Of a DNA stretch of 18,181 nucleotides, positions 10,085 through 18,181 are shown one piece after another. Made by a program: the position numbers and the translations under genes. This DNA is from Octopus sinensis (Eukaryota). The stretch covers positions 1 through 18,181 of the forward strand of contig NW_021824769.1 of NCBI RefSeq assembly GCF_006345805.1, given 5' to 3'. How positions within the stretch are numbered: position 1 is the first letter of the stretch; each line of letters begins with the position of its first letter. Under the pieces are notes generated by a model, which was not told the DNA's origin, searched no databases, and saw only the letters and a program-made list of their open reading frames with translations.

Positions 10085-10296
10085 TATGTGTCTATTTGCG
10101 TGACTGTGTTTGTCCCCCACTATCACTAGAGAACCGACGTTAGCTTGTTTAGGTTCCCGTAACGTAGCGGTTCAGCAAAAGAGACCGATGGAATAAGTAC
10201 TAGGCTTACAAAGAATAAGTGCTAGGGTCGATTCGTTCCACCAAAGTCAGTACTCCACCATGGTTGCAATCAAATGACTGAAACAAGAAAAGAAAA
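10085..10296 (+). mobile_element. SINE family B 3' half
   Basis: tgtgtttgtccccc..cccgtaac.tagcggttc.gcaaaagagaccgat.gaataagtactaggcttacaaagaataagt..gggtcgat..aaatgactgaaacaag; the reverse complement of 14752-14945. Confidence 0.85.
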
Positions 10297-10325
10297 TATA
10301 AAAGAAAAATATGTATGTGTTCTAT

Positions 10326-10470
10326 GTTAAATTCCTCTGCGGTCGAATTTACCTTTTATCCTTCCGGGGACCGAGAAAAAAGTACTAGTTGAATACTGAG
10401 GTCGATGTAAACAACTTATCTTTTCCCCTGGACTTGCTGGTCCTGTGCCAAAATTTGAAACCAGTAATAA
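10326..10470 (+). mobile_element. SINE family A core fragment with tail type 3 (diverged)
   Basis: aaattcc..ggtcgaatttaccttttatccttccgggg..aagtactagttgaatactgaggtcgatgtaa matches the family A core. It ends in a different tail, cctgtgccaaaatttgaaacca. Confidence 0.65.
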
Positions 10471-10531
10471 ACTAATCAATAAATAATGCAACGACAACCC
10501 TTGATGGAGGCTCGGACAAATTAGCGAATTG

Positions 10532-10539
10532 ACTGCGGC

Positions 10540-10595
<56 letters not shown>

Positions 10596-10650
10596 CATTA
10601 TTATTATTATCATTATTATTATTATTATTATTATTTTCATCATCATCTTC
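10532..10650. repeat. (TTA)n/(TCA)n microsatellite; possibly the (TAA)n 3' tail of the adjacent minus-strand LINE
   Basis: The array is directly visible. The tail assignment is inference from orientation and position ~190-300 bp past the LINE stop codon. Confidence 0.85.
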
Positions 10651-10837
10651 TTTCAATTCTTTCAATTCCTGACACCTAGAGCAGAGAAATGTACTGTATA
10701 CATTGGTAGGCCATTAAAATATAAACACACCAGACTGTTCATTTACAAAGTCATGTGTTAGAGAAAAAGAGGAAGAAAGAGAGAAAAAATAAAAAAAGGT
10801 AAAGAAAGAAAACAAAGAGGGAAAAGGGAAAGAAAAT

Positions 10838-11275
10838 TCACAGCGGCAATACTCTTCTCAATACGTGTGATGCACCAGTAAAGACAATCTTTTGTCCTTC
10901 CTGTATGAATGGCAAAACAGGGATCATTCTCAAATAATTTTCAGTTCCTTTTTTGATCATCCCAAGTGCTCCCACAATCACTGGTATTGTAACTGCCTTG
11001 AGATGTCACATCTTTTCTATTTCGATTAGCAAATCTTTATCTTTTCTGAGCTTATCAAATTCTTTTGCCGAGATATTATGGTCGCTGGGTATGCTCATGT
11101 CAAATAATAAACAGACTTTATTGTTTTGGTCTTTCACAACAATATCTGGTTTATTTGTCTTAATGGTCCGATCTGTACACACTGGGAAGTCCCAAAAAAT
11201 CGTTGTATTTTCTCCCTCAGTTATAGCCGCAGGGTGGTGCGTGTACCATTTGTCAGCAGTTTTAATTTTATAATA
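10838..11275 (-). pseudogene. Non-LTR retrotransposon (RLE type, R4/Dong-like) C-terminal restriction-like endonuclease domain, decayed
   Basis: My translation: YYKIKTADKWYTHHPAAITEGENTTIFWDFPVCTDRTIKTNKPDIVVKDQNNKVCLLFDMSIPSDHNISAKEFDKLRKDKDLLIEIEKM*HLKAVTIPVIVGALGMIKKGTENYLRMIPVLPFIQEGQKIVFTGASHVLRRVLPL*. It has the WDF, KPDIVV, D-x-SIP, K..K and IPVIVGALG motifs of RLE nucleases. In-frame TGA at 11006-11008 where Trp is expected. Confidence 0.9.
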
Positions 11276-11276
11276 C

Positions 11277-11491
11277 CTATTTCTTTACTACCCACAAGGG
11301 ACTAAACATAGAGGGGACAAACAAGAACAGACATAGGTATTAAGTCGATTACATCGACCCCAGTGTGTAACTGGTACTTATTTAATCGACCCCGAAAGGA
11401 TGAAAGGCAAAGTCGACCTCGGGGAATTTGAACTCAGAACGTAGCGGCAGACGAAATACCGCTAAGCATTTGGCCGGCGTGGTAACGTTCC
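11277..11491 (-). mobile_element. SINE family A (tail type 1) inserted into the LINE
   Basis: The reverse complement matches 1922-2142 and 8189-8409, and it interrupts the LINE reading frame between WIMC and YYKIK. Confidence 0.92.
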
Positions 11492-11803
11492 TGGGCACAT
11501 TATCCAATGTAGATATTGACCAACTCTATCATATCTTGATTTGTACTCTACAGGTGCTAAAACCTTACATCCAGAGATTAGGTGGTCCACTGTTTCAACC
11601 GCTTCGTTGCAGTATCGGCAGTTTGGGTCTACACCATTTTTCATCACATTGGCTTGATAGTTCCGGGTCAATAAGCTCTGATCTTGAGCAACCAATATAA
11701 AGCCTTCACTCTCTGCCTTTAGCCCAGAGCTGCATTGCTACTGATGGGTGTGCTTCTGGTCCACATCAGCTTGTTTGCTACGGGCCACATATTTGTCATG
11801 CAG
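11492..11803 (-). pseudogene. Same LINE, upstream segment with CCHC zinc finger, decayed
   Basis: My translation: LHDKYVARSKQADVDQKHTHQ*QCSSGLKAESEGFILVAQDQSLLTRNYQANVMKNGVDPNCRYCNEAVETVDHLISGCKVLAPVEYKSRYDRVGQYLHWIMC. It has C-x2-C..ET..H-x4-C, AQDQ and an RHD-like RYD. Stop at 11738-11740. Cut off 5' by the (TTC)n array; no RT domain present. Confidence 0.9.
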
Positions 11804-11811
11804 TAGTTCTG

Positions 11812-12162
11812 TCTTCTTCTTCTTCTTTCTTTCTTCTTTCTTCTTCTTCTTCTTCTTCTTCTTCTTCTTCATTCTTCTTCTCTTCTTTCTTCTTCTTCTT
11901 CTTCTTCTTCTTCTTCTTTTCTTCTTCTTCTTCTTCTTCTTCTCTTTCTTCTCATCTTCTTTTCTTATCTCTTCTTTCTTCTTCCTTCTTCTTCTTGTTT
12001 CTTCTTCTTCTTCTTCTTTTTCTTTTTATTTCTTCTTCATCTCTTTCTTTCTTCCTTCTTCTTCTTCTTCTCTGTTCTTCTCTTCTTTCTCTTTCTCTTC
12101 TTCTTCTTCTTCTTCTTCTTATTATATTATTATATTATTATTTTATTATTATTATTATTACT
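11812..12162. repeat. (TTC)n (~310 bp) followed by (TTA)n
   Basis: Directly visible. Confidence 0.95.
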
Positions 12163-12170
12163 TTAATACA

Positions 12171-12588
12171 GCGTGCTGGCAGAGTCGTTAGCACGCCGGG
12201 AATTTCGTTCGTCTTTACGTTCTGAGTTCAAATTCCGCCGAGGTTGATTTTACCTTTCATGCTTTTCGGGGCCGATAAAATAAGTACCAGTTGTGTAGCG
12301 GGGTCAATGTAATCGACTCATCCCCACCTCCCCCAAATTTCAGGTCTTGTGTCTATAGTAGAAAGGATCATCATCATCATCATCATCGTCATCATCAGCA
12401 TCATCGTCATCCTCGTCGTCGTTATCATTCTAAAGAGGTCGACTTTGCCTTTCATCCCTTTCGGGCTCGATAAAATGAGTACCAGTTATGTACTGGGGTC
12501 GATGTAAATGACTCATCCCTTCCCCGCAAATTTCAGGTTTCGTGCTCTTAGTAGAAAGGATCATCATCATCATCACCATCATTATTAT
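12171..12588 (+). mobile_element. SINE family A dimer with tail type 2 and (CAT)n tails
   Basis: Monomer 1 (12171-12368) has the family A head and core, then tail ccccaaatttcaggtcttgtgtctatagtagaaaggat and (CAT)n. Monomer 2 (12435-12560) starts at gaggtcgactttgcc and has the same tail and (CAT)n. Confidence 0.85.
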
Positions 12589-12956
12589 GTTTGTTTTCAA
12601 GTGAGAGATAAGGAATTATATGAGAGCTAGTGATGCCTGTCCACCTGACCACCCCCATCAAGCTGCATCAGCGCCATACTGAAAACTACACCGCCACTGC
12701 ATCCTACGCTGCAACTTTGAAACTAAAAGAATCACTTCGGTATACCAGAACTATCACTATACCATAATGAAACTAACTGATAAAATTTGCTAGCAAAAAC
12801 AGGATGCTGATAAAAACATAACTTCCTGCTAATCAGACCATTCGATAGATAAATGACAATTTCCGTTTTCTCAGAAGTAGCAGAAACAATCCGTTGAGCA
12901 GAGAAACTAAAACTAATCACTAAAATCTAATGCGTCTGGTTGTATGTAGTCGGTGT

Positions 12957-13339
12957 GGAGGCGCAAAGGACCAGTGGTTAAGGCAGCGAACTCGCGGTCG
13001 TAGGATCGCGATTTCTATACCCGGTCGGGGGGGGGGGGTTGAGTGTTTATTGAGCGAAAACACCTAAAGTTCCACGAGGCTCCGGCAGGGTGTGGTGGCG
13101 AACCCTGTTGTACTCTTTCACCATAACTTTCGCTCACTCTTTCATCCTGTTTCTGTGGTACCTGTATTTCAAAGGGCCAGACTTGTCACGCTCTGCCTCA
13201 CGCTGAATCTTCCCTAGGACTACGTTAAGGGTACACATGTCTGTGGAGTGCTCAACCACTTGCACTTTAATTTCACAGGCAGGCTGTTCCGTTGATCGGA
13301 TCAACTGGAACCGATGTCGTCGTAACAGATGGAGTGCCA
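12957..13339 (+). mobile_element. SINE family C, ~380 bp, tRNA-derived head
   Basis: The head ggaggcgcaaaggaccagtggttaaggcagcgaactcgcggtcgtaggatcgcgatttctataccc has an A box, a degenerate B box and a tRNA-like layout, and is similar to the head at 7472-7551. The GC-rich body sits in AT-rich flanks. The 3' boundary is inferred. Confidence 0.7.
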
Positions 13340-13831
13340 CGATGTGATTGGTAGATAACGAGTCGTTTGGACTTAACTTGAAGTATTTTATCAAATGAAG
13401 ATTTAAGAAATTTGAAAATCAAATAATGCGATTAAATTAAAAACAAAACAAAAATTACATTATTATCAGTTTTGTTCTTCCTTTTAAATTTTCGATCTCA
13501 TAGGAATTTTTTTTTAAGTGAAGTCATCGGAAAATTTTAGAAGAATGAAAGAGATGCAAATAAATAAATAATAGAAAATAAATATATAAATAAATAAAAT
13601 CTATTTTATTAAATTGCATTGTTTAGTTTTCAAATGTGTTAAACTTTCACTTGAGAAGATGATTGAAAATGATTTCAAACGACATGTTTTTATTTAGACA
13701 ACATTCAGAGAGAGAGATGAATTGGAATAAAATGATTTGAAAATGTCACTCACAAAACAACAGGCTGGTTTTTAACACCGACGAAAACAAAGCAGCCGCG
13801 TTGATCTGTCCATTCGTTTGGTATACTTAGG

Positions 13832-14090
13832 CACACACACACACACACACACACAAACAGACACACACACACACACACACAAACAGACACACACACACAC
13901 ACACACAAACAGACACACACACACACACACACAAGTATACAGTAGTTTGACACCACAAGTTTTGTATGTGTATATATGACTGAAACCTACGGTATCAGAC
14001 CACTGATCCCTATCAAAAGAAATACACACACACTAAGAGATAGACAGACGGGGACACACATACACACACTCACACACACACATACACATC
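13832..14090. repeat. (CA)n arrays with aaacag spacers
   Basis: Directly visible; (CA)n-aaacaga unit repeated three times at 13832-13932. Confidence 0.9.
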
Positions 14091-14094
14091 ACCT

Positions 14095-14480
14095 ATTCCC
14101 TTCCGGTCATTTCAAAATGTAACTACATGTGAATCGTTGGCGATTTTTCCCCTCCGTTTTCATCTTCCCTTCGACTTTCCTTTGTCTCCTGTTTCTGAAG
14201 AAGAGCTTTGCTCAAAATGTAAAGCTACATTTCTTTCCTTTCTTCCTTGAGCGTCTGCTAATACTTTGCATGTACCATGTCCTCGCGTTGTTGTTTTTTC
14301 TTGTTTTTTATTTATTTTATATATATACTATATATATATATATATAATATATATATATATATTTATATATATATATATATATAGTTAATCCAAACAAGAA
14401 AACACAAAAAAACACAACAACGCGAGGACGTGTAACAAATATAGTATTATTGGACGCTCAGGAAAGAAGGGAAGAAGGAG
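14095..14480 (+). mobile_element. Penelope-like element terminal-repeat remnant with hammerhead-like core and inverted second arm
   Basis: ctgaagaagagctttgctcaaaatgt (14195-14220) fits the CTGANGAAG..CGAAACG signature of Penelope-associated hammerheads, with G12 mutated. 14232-14306 and 14392-14480 are inverted repeats around a (TA)n tract. The family assignment is inference. Confidence 0.55.
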
Positions 14481-14751
14481 ATATATATATATCATTTCGG
14501 GATTTGGTTTGCAAGATTCTTTATGTGAGTTCGGATGTTGAAGCATTTTCTGTTGTGTCTGGGGAGAATCATTCTCTTTTAGTGCTTATATATTTATCAA
14601 AAATAAACAAATAAGTAAATTAGTAGAAATTTTACTGGTGCGTGTGTTAAATTGTAAGCACCAAAAGAGACTGACTCCCCGCAGACACACAGTATATATA
14701 TATATATATAATATATATATATATAATATATATATTCTTTTATTTGTTTAT

Positions 14752-14998
14752 TTTTTTCAGTCATTGACTGCGACCATTCAATCATTTGACCGCATTTAGG
14801 CGAACAAATCGACCCCAGGACTTACTCTTTGTAAGCCTAGTACTTATTCTATCGGTCTCTTTTGCCGAACCGCTAAGTTACGGGCACGTGAACACAGCAA
14901 TAGCGGATGTCTAGCGATGGTGAGGGCACAATCACAGACACACAGGCACACACACACACATATACGACGTGCTTCTTTCAGTTTCCGTCTACCAATCC
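14752..14998 (-). mobile_element. SINE family B, 3' half plus internal microsatellite plus end of 5' half
   Basis: The reverse complement joins ggattggtagacggaaactgaaagaagcacgtcgtata (end of the 5' half) through (TG)n to the 3' half seen at 10085-10296, showing that both halves belong to one element. Confidence 0.88.
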
Positions 14999-15092
14999 AG
15001 CGCTTTCGCTCTGTATATAGAAGCACATTTCGTCTGTTATTCTGAATAATAAGAAAAAACCCAGAAGTATTCAGCTTATTGTATTTAATATA

Positions 15093-15333
15093 GAATAATC
15101 CCTCAACAATCGCGGGTATTACGTTTCAAGACCCGCCGCGATAGGTGAAAATCCGCGAAACAGTACTATACTGTATGTTTTTAATATTTTTATAATTTGT
15201 ATACATTTATTTTATTATAAATGTAAAACAACACCACGGAGGAATCGACATAAGCTTAAATAATAAACAGCGATACCTGAACCGCGATAGGTGGACCGCG
15301 ATAGGTGAACCACGATATGGCGAGGGATTATTG
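15093..15333. mobile_element. Tigger/pogo-type (Tc1/mariner superfamily) MITE, 241 bp
   Basis: TA at 15091-15092 and 15334-15335. TIRs are gaataatccctcaacaatcgcgg and the reverse complement caataatccctcgccatatcgtgg, resembling the CAGTA.TCCC ends of Tigger-family elements. Subterminal ccgcgataggtg repeats; AT-rich centre; no ORF. Confidence 0.8.
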
Positions 15334-15834
15334 TAGTTATATTTATTCAGATGATGCTTGTTGTCCTTACTTTAAGTTTCATGAAATATCGATGAGTCAG
15401 AAGGACTCGTTGGCTCATAAGGCAAAACCGTAACGAATTTCTAGATGGCGCCGGAATCTCGCTGTTTCATTGCTCAATATGTAATCAAGTGGTTGTGAAG
15501 ACAGCTTCTTAACCATGGAGAGACATAATCGTATGTAGCCATCACAACGCTGCTGTTGTTGCTGCTGCTGCGACTGTTATTGTTGTTGTTGTTGTTGATA
15601 TTTCTATTGTTGCAGCCGTCGTGGTTTAAACTCCAAGTTAGCACTGCTTGGGCAGACTTAAAATCAAAGTTTTTTTTCAAACCATGACCATTCCGTTTGC
15701 CATTTTGAATGTAGACAGAACTGCAGTATCCTTTCTTCTGTTTGATATGATAAAGACGGGTGAAAGGCAGATTTGGTCGTTATTTCTAGCAAGTCAAGTT
15801 ACCATGTATAAACTCGGTCGTTGAACTCGTGTAT

Positions 15835-16033
15835 GACAAAGTTGTTTACAACGACGACATCAAGAACACATTACAGTAACAACATCGCCCCTTACTTTCA
15901 CCGTCAGCAACACCACCACTACTACAGCCGCCACAACAACCAACACTACAAAAACAACACCACAACTAAGGAAGAAGAAAATAGCGTTAATTGGAGCAGG
16001 AGCTGTCAGTTTCTATCACGCCACCGCTGCCAA

Positions 16034-16078
<45 letters not shown>

Positions 16079-16106
16079 GCTGCTGCTGCTACTGCTGCTG
16101 CTGCTG

Positions 16107-16142
<36 letters not shown>

Positions 16143-16396
16143 ATAATAATAATAAGTACACCACCACACTATTACTGCTACTACTACTACTACCACTACC
16201 ACCACACAAACACTACTGCTGCTGTGCTACTACTACTACTACCACTACACCACCACAAACCACCTACGCTGCTGTTGCTACTAAACTACTGATAATAATA
16301 ATAATAATAATAATATAACAACAACGCTAGTACAACAACAACAGCAATACTACTACTACTACTACTACTACTATACAAATAATAATAATAATAATA

Positions 16397-16429
<33 letters not shown>

Positions 16430-16591
16430 GAACTGCAACCTTACTACTACTACTGCTACCACCACCACCACCACCACTACTACAGCCGCCACAACAACCA
16501 ACACTACAAAAACAACACCACAACTAAGGAAGAAGAAAATAGCGTTAATTGGAGCAGGAGCTGTCAGTTTCTATCACGCCACCGCTGCCAA

Positions 16592-16634
<43 letters not shown>

Positions 16635-16661
16635 TGCTGTGCTGCTACTGCTGCTGCTGCG

Positions 16662-16697
<36 letters not shown>

Positions 16698-16937
16698 ATA
16701 ATAATAATAAGTACACCACCACCACTATTACTGCTACTACTACTACTACCACTACCACCACCACAAACACTACTGCTGCTGTTGCTACTACTACTACTAC
16801 CACTACCACCACCACAAACACTACTGCTGCTGTTGCTACTACTACTACTGATAATAATAAAATAATAATAATAAAACAACAACGCTAGTACAACAACAAC
16901 AGCAAATACTACTACTACTACTACTACTACTACAAAA

Positions 16938-16991
<54 letters not shown>

Positions 16992-17345
16992 TGCACCATT
17001 ACTACTACTACTGCTACCACCACCACCACCACCACTACTACTGCTACTACAACTACCACCACCACAAACACTACTGCTGCTGTTGCTACTACCACTACTA
17101 CTACTACTACTTCTACTACTTCTACTACTACTACTACTACTACTACTACACTACCACCGCCACTGCCACCAGCACCACAATAACAATAACAACCACAATA
17201 ACAAGACGACGAACATCAATAACAGTCATAATAACGGGAGCAAAAAGTGTAATTGGGTCAAAAGAAACAATTACAGCAACAACAAACGGTAACATCAACA
17301 ACAACAACAACAACAACAAACGATGACAACAAAAACAAGAACTAA
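15835..17345. repeat. Degenerate C/A-rich trinucleotide array (CTA/CCA/CAA/TAA/CTG) containing a 558-bp tandem duplication
   Basis: Unique anchors recur at offset 558: 15925/16483, 16013/16571, 16326/16884 and 16433/16991. Confidence 0.92.
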
Positions 17346-17494
17346 AACGACGGCAACACCAACAGGGTTAGGCACTAACCGACCAATCACGTGATCCAAT
17401 TACCAGAACGATATAATGACCTCCTCCTCCTCCTCTTAGAATCACAACCGCAATTACATTTAGGGCAAGGCAGTTGAATGTGTTTGCGGCGCGT

Positions 17495-17818
17495 GTATGT
17501 ATACACACACACACACACACCACACACACACACACACATACACACACTTATTATACGTATAATTATATATATATATATATATTCATTCTTATATTATAGA
17601 TATATATATATATATAGATATATATATATATGTATATATGCACGCGTGTGTGTGTGTGTTGTGTTGTGCGCATGCGTCTCAGTGTACGTGTGTGTGCGTG
17701 CGTATGAGATATATAAACACTCACGCACACACACATATTTATATGCAGAGAGAGAGAGAAAGAGAGAGAAAGAGAAAGAGTCGAGGAAGTAGGAGAGAAA
17801 GAGAGAGAGTCGAGGAAG

Positions 17819-17857
<39 letters not shown>

Positions 17858-17990
17858 TACCGGAAATAATAGATACCCAGTAATAAAATACCTAGTATTC
17901 AGGGTGTAAATGGTTCTGCGTGTGTGCGTGTGTGTGTGTGTGTATGTGTATGTGTGTGTGTGTGTGTACACAAACGTATGTTGCATATAT
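17495..17990. repeat. Compound (CA)/(TA)/(TG)/(GA) microsatellite
   Basis: Directly visible; includes a duplicated gagtcgaggaagtaggagaga unit at about 17777-17797 and 17806-17826. Confidence 0.93.
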
Positions 17991-18181
17991 GTGTGTCTCA
18001 TCATCAACATCATTGTCGGCCATTATCTGCCTATCTGGCCCCTGTAAGGTTTATATTTCCCTTAGTGACGGGCCTCAACGGCACCCATAACCTAACCGAT
18101 CTCACCTCTCCTTCTTATCCTCTGTTGTCCCCAATTCCGCGAATCCGTGCCACTCGAATTCTATTCTGCATCTAACATTAT

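Noticed and set aside
10953-11700. Plus-strand ORFs 10953-11273 and 11428-11700
   Set aside because: Antisense shadows of the minus-strand LINE and SINE.
11748-12225. Phe/Ser/Leu-rich, membrane-looking ORFs
   Set aside because: These are (TTC)n/(TTA)n translations, and their 5' part is antisense to the LINE.
12590-12950. Unique A-rich segment with short ORFs (44 aa on plus, 62 aa on minus)
   Set aside because: No recognisable motif or convincing splice-site pair.
12957-13030. Possible tRNA gene (also 7490-7551, 1499-1560 and 2490-2549)
   Set aside because: A/B boxes are present but the stems are broken, and each continues into a repeat body or CORE-like segment; these are SINE heads.
14490-14600. 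Possible additional interspersed repeat fragments here and at 15625-15830
   Set aside because: They seem familiar from cephalopod repeats, but there is no second copy or structural hallmark in the window, so they cannot be supported.
17363-17372. Telomere-like cagggttagg
   Set aside because: Fewer than two full TTAGGG units; not an interstitial telomeric array.

Overview
Repeat-dense, AT-rich eukaryotic DNA with no intact, recognisable protein-coding gene. The microsatellite load and the SINE sequences most resemble an octopus (cephalopod) genome; this is inference from memory, not a database result. Well-supported contents: (1) many dispersed tRNA-derived SINE copies in at least three families, labelled A, B and C here, several as dimers, fragments or nested insertions; (2) a decayed 3' fragment of a restriction-like-endonuclease non-LTR retrotransposon (R4/Dong-like, CCHC finger plus PD..D nuclease), split by a family A SINE; (3) a 241-bp Tigger/pogo-type MITE with TA target duplication; (4) a ~220-bp AT-rich foldback; (5) a Penelope-like repeat with a degenerate hammerhead-ribozyme core and tail-to-tail inverted arms; (6) two large degenerate trinucleotide arrays with internal segmental duplications (~435 bp and 558 bp). 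Nearly all ORFs in the supplied track are translations of microsatellites. A few unique islands could be exons or promoters (a GNAT-like motif ORF, a splice-flanked transmembrane-like mini-exon, YY1/ETS/E-box motifs), but none can be confirmed from sequence alone. I found no convincing new multi-gene system. The best leads are RNA-structure and retroelement-architecture observations.
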